A stretch of 64,000 nt of DNA from an uncultured Acidobacteriota bacterium (GCA_913043225.1 CAJWLU010000002.1:32001-96000); one strand, 5' to 3'; shown: positions 28,944 to 39,385, counted from the stretch's first letter. The notes: generated from the sequence alone by a model not told the origin. Numbers and translations: made by a program.

Positions 28944-30791
28944 ATGAGCGAGAAACCGCCCGCCGATACGCGCGAGCCGCGTTCACCGCTCGTGCGCGCG
29001 CTGCGCGGCGGGGAGGAACTGGTGGCCAACCTCGCCCTTGCGGCGATGGTCATCCTCCCGCTGGCGGAGATTCTCGTCCGCCCTATCCTGTCTGGTGGAA
29101 TCCCCGGTTCGATCTCGTTCGTTCAGCACCTCACCCTGTGGGTTGGGTTCCTCGGCGCCGCCCTTGCTGCGCGTGAAGGCAAGCTGATCGCGCTGGCGAC
29201 CGCGACCTTCATTCCGGAAGGGAAGGTTCGGCAGGCTACCGAGATCTTCGCGGCGTTCGTCGGGTCCGCGGTTTCGGTCATCCTGGCGACAGCTGCCTGG
29301 CAGCTCGTTCAGTTCGACCGGGAGGATGGCACCATCCTGGCCGCCGGCGTACCTGTATGGCTCGCGCAGCTCGTGCTGCCGGTCTCGTTCGCGGTCATAG
29401 CCGTCCGGCTGGTGTGGCGGGCGTCCCCGTTGTGGGCGGGCCGAGCCCTGGCGGTCCTCGGTATCGCGATCGGGTGGTATCTCGGGCGGACAGAGTACGT
29501 GCTCGAGGGGGTCCCCATGACCCCGCTCATCGGGTTGGTGCTGGTGGCGGCAGTGCTGGGGGCGCCGATCTTCACCATCCTCGGTGGCGCTGCGGTCTTG
29601 CTCTACATGGGCGACGGCGACCTGCCGGTGATCGTCGCCATCGAGACCTACGCACTGACTATCCAGCCGCACCTTCCGGCGATCCCGCTCTTCACCCTGG
29701 CTGGCTTCATCCTTGCGCAAGGTAACGCGTCCGAACGCCTGCTCGGGGTGTTCCGGGCCGGGGTCGGGTGGATCCCGGGCGGTACCGCCATTGTCTGCGT
29801 GGTGGTCTGCGCCTTCTTCACCGTGTTCACCGGCGGTTCCGGCGTCACTATTCTGGCGCTGGGCGGCCTGCTGTTGCCGGCGTTGCTGAAGGATGGCTAT
29901 CGCGACCGCTTCTCGCTTGGGCTGCTGACCGCCTCTGGGTCCTTGGGCCTGCTCTTTCCCCCGGCGATGCCGCTCATCCTGTATGCCATCGTGGCGCAGG
30001 TCGCTCCAGACGATCTGTTCGTGGCGGGCATCATGCCCGGTGTTCTCTTGGTGGCGCTGACCGCCGGGTGGGGTGTCCGGGAAGGGCTAGTCACCGGAGC
30101 GGGGCGCCATCCCTTCGGGTGGCCCGAGTTTCGGGGGGCGCTATGGGAGGCCAAGTGGGAGCTCAGCATCCCGTTTGTTGTGATCGGTGTGCTCTTTAGC
30201 GGCTCCGCGACCCTGGTCGAGACGGCGGCTTTCACTGCGCTCTACGCCGCTATCATCCAGGGGGGCATCCATAGAGATTTCCCGCTCTTTCGCGGCCTGC
30301 ACCGCGCCTTCAGCGAGTGCGTCGTGCTGGTTGGCGGGGTGCTGGTGATCTTGGGCGTCGCGGTGGGTTTCACCGCGTATCTGCTCGATGCAGACGTGCC
30401 TTTCCTGCTGGTGGAGTGGGCCGACGAGAACATCGGTTCCCGGCTGGTATTCCTGCTAGGGCTGAATCTGTTTCTGTTGCTGGTCGGCTGCGTGATGGAT
30501 ATCTTCTCGGCCATCTTTGTGGTGGTGCCGCTCATCGTGCCGGTGGCCGAGCAGTTCGGCGTCCATCCGCTTCATCTGGGCATCATATTTATCGCCAATC
30601 TGGAGCTCGGGTTCCTAACCCCACCGGTCGGGTTGAACCTGTTTTTGGCGTCGTATCGTTTCGACCGCCCGCTGCTCGAGGTGTACCGCGCATCGCTGCC
30701 GTTGTTGGCGATTCTCGGGTTTGGCGTTCTCGTGATTACTTATGTACCATGGCTCACGCTTGGCCTCCTCGAGTGGTTGGGCCGAGGCTGA
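28944..30791 (+). CDS. dctM: TRAP transporter fused small/large permease (DctQM)
   Basis: Many TM segments; AIPLFTLAG, GGSGVTILALGG, GSLGLLFPP, FLTPPVGLNLF. Confidence 0.92.
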   Translation: MSEKPPADTREPRSPLVRALRGGEELVANLALAAMVILPLAEILVRPILSGGIPGSISFVQHLTLWVGFLGAALAAREGKLIALATATFIPEGKVRQATEIFAAFVGSAVSVILATAAWQLVQFDREDGTILAAGVPVWLAQLVLPVSFAVIAVRLVWRASPLWAGRALAVLGIAIGWYLGRTEYVLEGVPMTPLIGLVLVAAVLGAPIFTILGGAAVLLYMGDGDLPVIVAIETYALTIQPHLPAIPLFTLAGFILAQGNASERLLGVFRAGVGWIPGGTAIVCVVVCAFFTVFTGGSGVTILALGGLLLPALLKDGYRDRFSLGLLTASGSLGLLFPPAMPLILYAIVAQVAPDDLFVAGIMPGVLLVALTAGWGVREGLVTGAGRHPFGWPEFRGALWEAKWELSIPFVVIGVLFSGSATLVETAAFTALYAAIIQGGIHRDFPLFRGLHRAFSECVVLVGGVLVILGVAVGFTAYLLDADVPFLLVEWADENIGSRLVFLLGLNLFLLLVGCVMDIFSAIFVVVPLIVPVAEQFGVHPLHLGIIFIANLELGFLTPPVGLNLFLASYRFDRPLLEVYRASLPLLAILGFGVLVITYVPWLTLGLLEWLGRG

Positions 30792-30810
30792 GTGGGCCGG
30801 AGGACGATCG

Positions 30811-31878
30811 ATGACAAAGCGATTGGCGGAAGTCGCGGTACTGGCGGGGCTGGCTCTTGGGTGCGCAGAACCCGAACCGACGCAGATGGCCGAGCCGCCG
30901 GCGGCATCGGAGGGGACCGAAGGGGAAGAGGTCAGGCTGACGAACCTGCGTCAGCTGACCTTCGGAGGACAGAACGCCGAGGCGTACTATGCCTTCGATG
31001 GCAGCCGCCTGATTTTCCAGACCACCCGTGAGGGCGTGCCCTGCGACCAGATCTACACGATGGAGCTCGACGGCACCAATGCGCGGATGGTCTCGACCGG
31101 CGACGGGCGGACTACCTGCGGTTACTTTTTCCCGGGTGGCGAGTCGATCGTCTATGCGTCGACCCATCTCGGCGGCGCCGATTGCCCGCCCGAGCCGGGG
31201 TTCGAGATGGGCTACGTCTGGCCCGTTTATGACAGTTACGACATCTTTACCGCCAATCCTGATGGGTCGGGCCTGACCCGCATCACCGAGACCGACGGCT
31301 ACGATGCCGAAGCGACGGTGGGACCCGACGGACGGATTGTGTTTACCAGCCTGCGGGATGGCGACATGGAGATCTACTCCATGAACCAGGACGGGTCGGA
31401 CGTTCAGCGTTTGACCAACAGCCCCGGACCGGATGGAGGTCCGTTCTTCTCTGCCGATGGTAGCAAGATCGTCTTCCGCGGGCGACGGATCGAGCCGGGC
31501 CCTGAGCTCGACGACTTCCAGCGTCTGCTCCGCGAGGGGCTGTGGCGTCCCACGTCGCTCGAGATCTTTGCGATGGATGCTGACGGGAGCAATTTGCGGC
31601 AGGTGACAAACCTGGGCGGTGCGAGCTTCGGTCCGTTCTGGCATCCTGACGGGGAGCGGATCATCTTCAGTTCGAACTGGCATAATCCCGAGGGCCGAAA
31701 CTTCGATCTTTTCATCATCAACGAGGACGGATCCGGTCTCGAGCGGATCACGTTCAACGAAACCTTCGATGGCTTTCCCATGTTCTCTCCCGATGGAGCG
31801 AACCTGGTCTTCGCGTCGAACCGAGAGGGCCAGGTCGAGGGCGAAACGAATGTCTTTATTGCCGATTGGGTCGACTAG
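30811..31878 (+). CDS. TolB-like PD40 beta-propeller lipoprotein
   Basis: Lipobox ALGC; QLTFGGQNAEAY, GYDAEAT, FDGFPMFSPDG repeats. Confidence 0.88.
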   Translation: MTKRLAEVAVLAGLALGCAEPEPTQMAEPPAASEGTEGEEVRLTNLRQLTFGGQNAEAYYAFDGSRLIFQTTREGVPCDQIYTMELDGTNARMVSTGDGRTTCGYFFPGGESIVYASTHLGGADCPPEPGFEMGYVWPVYDSYDIFTANPDGSGLTRITETDGYDAEATVGPDGRIVFTSLRDGDMEIYSMNQDGSDVQRLTNSPGPDGGPFFSADGSKIVFRGRRIEPGPELDDFQRLLREGLWRPTSLEIFAMDADGSNLRQVTNLGGASFGPFWHPDGERIIFSSNWHNPEGRNFDLFIINEDGSGLERITFNETFDGFPMFSPDGANLVFASNREGQVEGETNVFIADWVD

Positions 31879-31923
31879 GTAGGCCACCTTGTTACGGGGG
31901 CTTAGGCCGGAGTAAGTCATTCC

Positions 31924-32154
31924 ACGGACTCCATCGGTCGCCTACTTCGAGACCTCGTTACCATTGACTCCGTGAATCCGGCGCTTGTCCCCAGCGGTGG
32001 AGGAGAGCGTGCGGTCGCTGCTCGGGTCGCTAGCGAGTTGCGCCTGGCCGGTCTTGATGTAGAACTGACCGAGATCGCGCCTGGGTGACCGAATGTGGTG
32101 GCGCGGCTGACGGCCGTGCACCGACCAGGTCTGCCGTCACTGTTTGTGGAATAG
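31924..32154 (+). pseudogene. N-terminal remnant of an M20/ArgE-type deacylase
   Basis: ACG in place of a start codon; LLRDLVTIDSVNPALVPSGGGERAVA...GLDV...PG*PNVVARL with TGA at 32086, where the family reads GRPNV; the rest of the gene is absent. Confidence 0.75.
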
Positions 32155-32179
32155 GCTCCGGAGCAGAAACATCACGTTA

Positions 32180-32302
32180 GCGGGTCGTTCGCTGAGGCGA
32201 CGCTTTCTCCGAGGTAGTTCAGCGTGTAGCGCAGACGGGATTGGTTCTGGCGGCGATTGTGGTGAGCGTCAGGAACAGGGTGCGGGAGAGCGTGTCGAGC
32301 AC
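32180..32302 (-). pseudogene. probable proline dehydrogenase remnant (internally deleted, frameshifted)
   Basis: GTG right after the acyltransferase stop gives LDTLSRTLFLTL; a second frame gives LRYTLNYLGESVAS, resembling the ProDH T-L-D-x-L-G-E motif. Confidence 0.45.
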
Positions 32303-32303
32303 G

Positions 32304-33434
32304 CTAGTGCGTAAACGCGGAGGTGCCGCGATCGTGAAGCAGATGGTGGAGTGAACGAGCGTAGTAACGGAGCACGTTCCGGTCGCGAACGCGGTAGCGT
32401 TCGCCTTCCACAGCGATAACGCCGCGGAGGACCAGCGGTTCGGTCGCCTGCTCGACCGCCTCTCGTCCATGCTCGACGTCCAGGTTGGCGCCGACCAGCC
32501 GCAGCGCGTCCAGTAGTTCGTCAATCCCGTCGATCAACGCCTGGCGGGGCATCGATGGTCGCATGGCGGCCGAGATGAGGGCGGTGGGCACCACCTTGTA
32601 GATCTTGCCAATGGCTTCCCGCGTACGCCGGGTCAGGGTGACCAGCCCGCGCCGCGAGTCCGGGTCGAAGTCGGGAAGCAGAATCGGTTGTCCGAAGGTG
32701 ACGAACGCGCGCGACTCGTACCCGACGGCAAGTCGGACCATCTCGGCCACCTCCACCGAGAAGCCCCGCTGTCTGCGTTTGACACCTTGCTTGATCAATG
32801 CCTGATCTTCGAGCACCAGGTCATAGGAGATGGCGACGGGGACGATGACGGCATCGGGGTTTCGGGCCTGCATCACCGCTTGCAGCATGCCCGTCTTCAG
32901 CGGCTTCAGCTCACCGCTGTAGCTGCGTCCGCCTTCGAGGTACAGGAAGAGGTCGGAGCGCTGTACCAACTCGGCCACGTAGGCTCGGAGCGTGGCCAAG
33001 TAGGCTGGGTCTCGGGAGTTACGGCGTATCGGGAGAGCGCCGGTGACGTACCGGTTAAGCAGGCCCATTGCACCGTTGAACAGGTTGATGCCGGCGGCGA
33101 TTACCGGGGGGCGGATACCATGGTCGTCGAGGACCAGCAACTCCACCAGATAGTCGATGTGGCTGCGGTGGTTCGACGCGTAGATGACCCGCTGAGAACC
33201 GGTGGCTGCCCGGACGATGTCGATGTGTTCCGGCACCCGCTCGATCTTTCTGAAGATCGGATACAGCGGATGCTTCAGGTTGCGATAGACCGAGTAGCGC
33301 TGGGTGGTCCGGAACTCTTCAAGGTAGCCCGAAATGCGCTCGCGGGCCTCGTCCGAGCTCAGGCCAGGCACTCCTCGCAGGTAGCGTGCTACTTCTTCAC
33401 GAGAGAGCACCGCTTGCCTGATATCGTCGTCCAC
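32304..33434 (-). CDS. glycerol-3-phosphate/DHAP acyltransferase (PlsB-like catalytic domain)
   Basis: NHRSHIDY, IAAGINL, PIRR, YLEGGRSYSG, VPVAISYD. Confidence 0.88.
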   Translation of the reverse strand: MDDDIRQAVLSREEVARYLRGVPGLSSDEARERISGYLEEFRTTQRYSVYRNLKHPLYPIFRKIERVPEHIDIVRAATGSQRVIYASNHRSHIDYLVELLVLDDHGIRPPVIAAGINLFNGAMGLLNRYVTGALPIRRNSRDPAYLATLRAYVAELVQRSDLFLYLEGGRSYSGELKPLKTGMLQAVMQARNPDAVIVPVAISYDLVLEDQALIKQGVKRRQRGFSVEVAEMVRLAVGYESRAFVTFGQPILLPDFDPDSRRGLVTLTRRTREAIGKIYKVVPTALISAAMRPSMPRQALIDGIDELLDALRLVGANLDVEHGREAVEQATEPLVLRGVIAVEGERYRVRDRNVLRYYARSLHHLLHDRGTSAFTH

Positions 33435-33502
33435 GCGCGGAATATACCACGGCGATTGACCAGCCTCTGGCGCCGCGTGGGGCCCGCGATCCGGGCGCCA
33501 GC

Positions 33503-34621
33503 TCACTGCTCGACGCTCACGATGACTGGTCGTGACAGCCGTACGGTTAGGCGGATTCCGGGCGGCAGTCCGGCCGGCTCCGCATCGCCGCCCATAGCTG
33601 CGGCCGTGCCTCCGGCGGCGCCGATCGATCCGCCGATCGCTGCGCCTCGACCGCCTCCCAGAATGGCGCCGAGGATGGCTCCGCCCACAGCAGCGCCGCC
33701 GATCTTGGCGACGTTCTCCTTACCTCGCGATTCGCCCTCCCGGTAGATGGTTTCGGTCACCATCGGCACCCGGTAGCCGTCAGCCATCACCAGGGTATGG
33801 AACCGCACGCCCAACCGCGAGGCGTCGCGCAGTTTGCCCCCCTGTTCGGATAGCACGACCGAGCCCAGCACTCGTGTGCCGGCAGCCACTGCCACCTGTT
33901 CCGCCACCAGCACGTCCCTGGTGACTCTTGCTTCGACCCGGTCCTCGACCTTGGCGGTCCGCGTCGACACGCCGTTCTCGATTTGCAGGCCGATCACGGC
34001 GTCGGCCGCAATCTCGAACTCGCTGAAGGTGGTTTCCGGTTCCGGCGCCGTTACTGATCGGGCGGCCTGGCTGTCGTCCGGGACCGGTTCCGCGTCGAGT
34101 GCGGCGAGCGCCTCGCCCGGTTGGACGGCGGCGGTACTTTCTGTGCCGGCGGGTTGTTCCCATCCCTCTATGACCGGGAGATCAACGGCTGGTGGCGTTG
34201 CTGCTGCGGGCGCCTGGGAGTCCGCGACCGTTGCTTCGGGTTCTGGAGTGGCCCGTTCAGTAATGGTCGGCCGGACCGGCGGGTCATCGGAGGCCTCGTC
34301 GGCGACGACGGGCTCGGGCGTGGGCGCCGGCGCTTCCGCGGGCGGTTCGGCCGTCCGCTCGGTGACGGGCTCGGCAGACGGGGCCGAGGTCTGCGGCTCC
34401 GCTGTTGCAGGTGCGTCCACGACTTGTTCGGTGGCGTCCACGGCCGGTGCCGGCTCGGCGGTAGCGACATCGGTTTCTGGACTCACCGCGGCCTGCTCTG
34501 CTACAGGCATCTGCTCGGCGGCGTTCTGCCGGACGGCGAGATACGCACCGGCTCCGGCCGCCCCGATGACCGCGGCGATGAGTCCCACGACGGCGACCGA
34601 TTTGCTTAACATCTCCGTCAC
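33503..34621 (-). CDS. membrane-anchored Pro/Ala/Glu-rich protein with C-terminal TrbI/VirB10-like beta domain and glycine zipper
   Basis: N-terminal TM; long low-complexity linker; AAGTRVLGSV...LGVRFHTL; KIGGAAVGGAILGAILGGGRGAAIG. Confidence 0.75.
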   Translation of the reverse strand: MTEMLSKSVAVVGLIAAVIGAAGAGAYLAVRQNAAEQMPVAEQAAVSPETDVATAEPAPAVDATEQVVDAPATAEPQTSAPSAEPVTERTAEPPAEAPAPTPEPVVADEASDDPPVRPTITERATPEPEATVADSQAPAAATPPAVDLPVIEGWEQPAGTESTAAVQPGEALAALDAEPVPDDSQAARSVTAPEPETTFSEFEIAADAVIGLQIENGVSTRTAKVEDRVEARVTRDVLVAEQVAVAAGTRVLGSVVLSEQGGKLRDASRLGVRFHTLVMADGYRVPMVTETIYREGESRGKENVAKIGGAAVGGAILGAILGGGRGAAIGGSIGAAGGTAAAMGGDAEPAGLPPGIRLTVRLSRPVIVSVEQ

Positions 34622-34882
34622 CCCTTGCTTACAATTGTCGTGCCTGAACCGGGGGCGCCTGCAGGTCCACCGGTTTCTTCCCTGTTTTCGGTTCCGAACG
34701 GGTCCGGGTCCAGCGTTACTTCAGCCCCAGCGGCAGGACAGAGTATGTCTTGATTATCTCCGAAACTGGCCCGCGGCGCCTTGTAGACTGGGCTGATGAG
34801 GGGACAGCGTGTCCTGCTCAGGCTACCCGGCGAGATCGGCCAATTCGGGTGCAATGTCGAGCGTTTGGCTCCATAGCCCGTC

Positions 34883-36040
34883 GTGTCATCTTTTCTACCC
34901 TCTGACTCGCCTGACAAGCTGTCTCCGGTCGCCCGTTTGGTGACCGTTGCTCTGCTGCTATTTGGGTTCCTGGTCGGGGTCAAGGGGCTCGGCGAGGGCT
35001 TCGAGCTGCTGGGAGGGGACACGCTCGACGTCATCTTCTCCACCACGGCCAACCCGTTCATGGGGCTGGTGGTCGGTATTCTCACCACAACGGTTGTGCA
35101 GAGCTCGTCGGTCACGACCTCGATGATCGTTGGCCTGGTTGCCGCTCCAGAATCACCCCTGCCGTTCGCCAATGCGGTGCCCATGATCATGGGCGCCAAC
35201 ATCGGTACGACGGTAACTGCCACGGTCGTCTCGCTTGCCCACATGGGACGCCGTGAAGAGTTCGAGAAGGCGTTTCCTGTCGCGGTCTGTCACGACCTCT
35301 TTAACTATGCGACGGTGGTGGTGCTCCTCCCCTTGGAGATGATGACGGGCTACCTCCAGCGCGTAGCCCGGTCGATGGCCCAGGCGCTGGAAGGGGTGGG
35401 AGGCTACGACTACGAGAGCCCGCTCGCTAGCGCCATTTCCGCCGCGTTGTCTCCGGTTGAGCAGCTCGCGGCAGCCACGTTGTCGACCCAGCAGCTTCAG
35501 GGCATCGCATTGATTCTCTTCGCGGGCGGGACCATCTTCATTACGCTGTTCTTGCTGGTGAAGGTGATGCGGTCGCTGGTGCGAACCCGGGTCGAACGAC
35601 TGGTCACCAACGTACTCGGATCGAGCGCCGTGTTGTCGATTCTGGTCGGTGTCACGGTGACGGTCATGGTGCAGTCGAGCTCGATCACGACTTCGCTGCT
35701 CGTCCCGCTGGGGGCTGCCGGGCTGCTTCGACTGGAGCAGGCGTTGCCCATCACCATCGGGGCAAACGTCGGCACGACCGTTACTGCGCTGCTGGCGACG
35801 TTATCCGTGTCTGGACCGAACGCTATCTTCGGCCTCGAGATCGCACTCGTCCATTTACTGTTCAATCTGACTGGAATGCTGCTCATCTACCCGGCGGAAA
35901 CGGTCCGGAATGTTCCGCTACGCGGCGCCCGCTATTTGACCTCGCTGGCGCTCCGCAACCGGAAACTCACCTTCGTGTGGGTGGCGGCGCTGTTCTATGG
36001 CGTCCCGGCGCTTCTCCTCTTCATTGACCGTCTGCTGTAG
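34883..36040 (+). CDS. Na+/Pi cotransporter (NptA/PNaS family)
   Basis: Two repeats of VQSSS..TS and GANIGTTVT / GANVGTTVT. Confidence 0.93.
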   Translation: MSSFLPSDSPDKLSPVARLVTVALLLFGFLVGVKGLGEGFELLGGDTLDVIFSTTANPFMGLVVGILTTTVVQSSSVTTSMIVGLVAAPESPLPFANAVPMIMGANIGTTVTATVVSLAHMGRREEFEKAFPVAVCHDLFNYATVVVLLPLEMMTGYLQRVARSMAQALEGVGGYDYESPLASAISAALSPVEQLAAATLSTQQLQGIALILFAGGTIFITLFLLVKVMRSLVRTRVERLVTNVLGSSAVLSILVGVTVTVMVQSSSITTSLLVPLGAAGLLRLEQALPITIGANVGTTVTALLATLSVSGPNAIFGLEIALVHLLFNLTGMLLIYPAETVRNVPLRGARYLTSLALRNRKLTFVWVAALFYGVPALLLFIDRLL

Positions 36041-36145
36041 CGCTCGACGTCGGGATACACTGGGTCGACACCAGACGACTGACCCACTCCGCCGGGTACT
36101 CCCGGCCCGATATTCCGACTCGGTGGGTGTGGTCTGCGAGAGCCT

Positions 36146-37258
36146 GTGACCACCTACCCTCGTATCACCGTCATCGGCGCTGGCATTATCGGATGCGCGG
36201 TGGCGTATGAGCTTGGCCGGCGAGGTGCAGCGGTTACCGTTCTCGAGCGGCGAGACGTGGCTCTGGGCGCGACCCAGGCGTCGGCCGGGATGCTGGCCCC
36301 TTTCATCGAAGCCCATCACGGTGGACCGCTGCGGGCGCTCGGCGTGCGCAGCCTCGAGCTCTACGACCGATTCATCAGCGATGTCGTGGCCGACAGCCGT
36401 CCAGTGTCTTATTACCGGACCGGCACGCTCGAGGTGGCTACCGACGACGCGATGCTGGGTGATCTGGCAGCCGTGGCTCACCAGCTGTCTTCGGAGGGTG
36501 TCGACAGCGAACTACTGGATGCCGTTGGGGCACGCCGGGCCGAGCCGCATCTATCGGCGGATGTGGCGGGAGCGCTGTTGGTTCCTGCCCAGGGATTCGT
36601 CGCGGCCGCCGCACTGGCCCAGGCGCTCAGGGAAGCGGCGGTCCGGCATGGCGTGATATTTCGGACGGCTAGCGCCGCCTCTGGTCTCCGTCCGGTGAAC
36701 GGTCATGTCGAGGTGACCGTCGACGACGGGGAACACACGGCCGACGCGGTGGTCATAGCGACGGGCAGCTGGACGGGTGCCCTCGGCATTGACGGCATCC
36801 AGCCACCGCCGGTTCGCCCCGTTCGCGGGCAGCTGTTGCAGCTTGACTGGACCGGCGACCCGCTGTCGCGCGTGATCTTCGCCCCACGTTGCTACGTCGT
36901 GCCGTGGGAGAACGGCGCGGTGCTGGTGGGCGCCACGGAGGAGGAGGTCGGGTTCGACGAGCGCGCGACGGCCGGCGGTGTCGCCGAGCTTCTCGATGCT
37001 ATCGGCGCCCTACTGCCGGCGTCGCAGGCGGCGGGGTTCGAGGAGGTGCGGGTCGGGCTTCGACCCGGGACTCCAGATGATCTACCGGTGTTGGGCCGGG
37101 CCGAGGTGGTGCCAAACGTCATTTACGCCACTGGGCACTATCGGAACGGCGTCCTGTTGGCGCCGGTGACCGCGCAATTGATCGCCGACCTTGTCCTGGA
37201 CGACCAGGAAGACGCGTTGCTCGTGCCGTTCACGCCGGCCCGATTTCATACGACTTGA
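36146..37258 (+). CDS. thiO: glycine oxidase ThiO (FAD-dependent)
   Basis: IGAGIIG, ASAGMLAP, PVRGQ, GLRPGTPD, ATGHYRNGVLLAP. Confidence 0.9.
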   Translation: MTTYPRITVIGAGIIGCAVAYELGRRGAAVTVLERRDVALGATQASAGMLAPFIEAHHGGPLRALGVRSLELYDRFISDVVADSRPVSYYRTGTLEVATDDAMLGDLAAVAHQLSSEGVDSELLDAVGARRAEPHLSADVAGALLVPAQGFVAAAALAQALREAAVRHGVIFRTASAASGLRPVNGHVEVTVDDGEHTADAVVIATGSWTGALGIDGIQPPPVRPVRGQLLQLDWTGDPLSRVIFAPRCYVVPWENGAVLVGATEEEVGFDERATAGGVAELLDAIGALLPASQAAGFEEVRVGLRPGTPDDLPVLGRAEVVPNVIYATGHYRNGVLLAPVTAQLIADLVLDDQEDALLVPFTPARFHTT

Positions 37259-37265
37259 GCCTATC

Positions 37266-37757
37266 GTGTCCACCAAGCTGAAGAAGAGTTACAGCGCGCG
37301 CGAGGTTGCGGCCCTGACCGGGCTGACTGCGAGGCAGCTCCAGTGGTGGGATGCACGCCAGCTCCTGTCGGCCAGCGTCGCGAGCCGCCAAACCGAAAAA
37401 GGGGGTTACACCGAGCGCCGCTACTCGCCCGTCGATCTGTACGAGCTGTCGGCGTTGGCCGAGCTGCGGCGACGGGGATTCACCGTGCAACGCATCCGCA
37501 AGGTCCTCTCGGCCCTTAAGGAGCACTTCGGCGTGCGGCTGTTCGAGGCGCTGGGAGAGGATGGGCCCATCACCCTCCTGGTGGACGGGCAGGACGTCTA
37601 TGCTCGCACTAACAGTGGGGCGTTCCACAACCTCGTGGAAGCGCCTGGGCAGCCGATGCTGGTGCTGGGAGAAGACAGCTTCAAGACCTTGCGTGCCAAA
37701 CTCGGCGGCCGTCCGCGCCGCAAGACCGCCAAGAAGAAGGGCGGGAAGACCTCATGA
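37266..37757 (+). CDS. MerR-family transcriptional regulator
   Basis: YSAREVAALTGLTARQLQWWD...RRYSPVDL...LRRRGFTVQRIR. Confidence 0.88.
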   Translation: MSTKLKKSYSAREVAALTGLTARQLQWWDARQLLSASVASRQTEKGGYTERRYSPVDLYELSALAELRRRGFTVQRIRKVLSALKEHFGVRLFEALGEDGPITLLVDGQDVYARTNSGAFHNLVEAPGQPMLVLGEDSFKTLRAKLGGRPRRKTAKKKGGKTS

Positions 37758-38029
37758 AGTGTCGGCTGGGTCGGATACGACGCTGGCTGCACGGCCTGCT
37801 TGGGTGGAGCACGTATGTAGCGCTCGCCCTGCTCGTGATCTTGGTGACGGCCGTGGTCGCGTTGCGCTGGGTCGATCCGCCCACCAGCGCGTTCATCGAG
37901 CGGTACCGCGTGGCAGTCATCCGGGCCGACCAGCCGGACCGTCGTCCGCGCCAGCGGTGGGTGACACTCGACCAGATGGATCGCCTCGGCGCCGATATTT
38001 CGACGGCATCTAGAACCGTTGCAACATAG
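37754..38029 (+). pseudogene. truncated monofunctional peptidoglycan transglycosylase (MtgA-like N-terminus only)
   Basis: TM helix then LRWVDPPTSAF...RQRWVTLDQM; ends before the catalytic (A)SED..F motif. Confidence 0.65.
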
Positions 38030-38051
38030 CCCGATATATCCGGGATCCGTC

Positions 38052-39212
38052 TTAGTGCAAGAAACAGCGGCTACCGGTCTCGACCACGGTGACCCCCATC
38101 TCGTGCGCGGCTTCGCGTACCGACTCGTCGCGCAGCGAGCCGCCGGCGTGGGCCACGAAGCGCACTCCCGTGAGCGCCGCGCGATCCACGTTGTCCCGGA
38201 ACGGGATGAACGCGTCCGAACTCATGCACAGTTCGTCGAATGAGGCGAACCACTCCCGCTTTTCATCGGCGGTCAGGGGCTCTGGCTGGTAGCCGAGGGT
38301 CGAAGTCAGGTTTGCGTGCTCCGGGTCTGACAGATCGTGCCAGTGCACGTACTGGTCGACCGCGTTCGTCCGCTCGGGTCGGCCCACGCCATCCGGGAAG
38401 TTCAGGGCCAGCACCTTTGGGTGGGTCTGCAGCATCCACTTCTCGGCTTTTGCGCACGCGATACGGGTGCAGTGGATGCGCGACTGTTGCCCAGCCCCCA
38501 TTCCGATTACCTGTCCGCCGGCCGCCACCGATACCGAGTTCGATTGGGTGTACTTGAGCGCCGTCGTGGCCAGCACCATCGTTTCCTCGACCGAAGGCGG
38601 AAGCGTCGGCCCTCCACGGAACATATCCCGGGTGATGGGCAGCGCGTTGCGGTCCTGCTCGAGCCTGAGACCGAAGACCTCACGTGTCTCGATCGGTCCG
38701 GGCTCGAAGTCAGGGTCGATTTGGAGAATGAGGTACCCGCCTCGTCTCTTCGACTTGAGTAGTTCGAGAGCATCCGGCTCGAAGCCCGGCGCGGCGATCA
38801 AGTCGGATACTTCACCCTTGAGAATCTCGGCCAGCTCGAGGTTGACTGGGGCGCTCACGACCGCGGCGTCGCCAAACGAACTGACCCGGTCGGCGCCTCT
38901 GGCCCGCACATAGGCTGAGGCCACTGCCGACTGCGGGGGCGCATCGAGGAACTGGGCTTTCGCGAACGCATCGGATACCTTACCCTCGATGGCCGCGCCT
39001 GCCGGGCTGACGTGCTTGAACGACGCGGCAGCAACCTTGCCCAGGTTCGTCTGGAGCTCCCTAACCAGAGGCCATGCGGTCAGCGCGTCCATGATGTTGA
39101 TATAGCTGGGCGTGCCGTTGAGCACTTTCACTGGCAGTGTTCCGCTGTTCGAGCTGAGACGGGCGTTGCCTTGATGGGGATTGCAACCGTACTTGAGCGT
39201 GAGATCGGCCAT
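38052..39212 (-). CDS. stand-alone AICAR transformylase (PurH C-terminal domain, no IMP cyclohydrolase domain)
   Basis: LKYGCNPHQ, SYINIMDA, SFKHVSPAG, LKYTQSNSV, GAGQQSRIHC, SSDAFIPFRDN, RCFLH. Confidence 0.93.
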   Translation of the reverse strand: MADLTLKYGCNPHQGNARLSSNSGTLPVKVLNGTPSYINIMDALTAWPLVRELQTNLGKVAAASFKHVSPAGAAIEGKVSDAFAKAQFLDAPPQSAVASAYVRARGADRVSSFGDAAVVSAPVNLELAEILKGEVSDLIAAPGFEPDALELLKSKRRGGYLILQIDPDFEPGPIETREVFGLRLEQDRNALPITRDMFRGGPTLPPSVEETMVLATTALKYTQSNSVSVAAGGQVIGMGAGQQSRIHCTRIACAKAEKWMLQTHPKVLALNFPDGVGRPERTNAVDQYVHWHDLSDPEHANLTSTLGYQPEPLTADEKREWFASFDELCMSSDAFIPFRDNVDRAALTGVRFVAHAGGSLRDESVREAAHEMGVTVVETGSRCFLH

Positions 39213-39217
39213 GGGGG

Positions 39218-39385
39218 TTAGCGTTGCACCTTGTACTGCAGACGCACCACGCCGCCTGCATAGGTCTGGGAATGGCGAACGTTCAGCGGGATGTCCCGGT
39301 GTCGCGGCGCCACCAGTGGAATCCCCTCGCCGATAAGGACGGGGATGACATGGATATCGAACTTGTCGAGCTGACCGGAGTCTGG
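39218..39385 (-). pseudogene. C-terminal remnant of a dihydrofolate-reductase/RibD-C family gene
   Basis: DSGQLDKFDIHVIPVLIGEGIPLV...SQTYAGGVVRLQYKV*; no start codon; ends 5 nt before the AICAR transformylase ATG. Confidence 0.75.
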
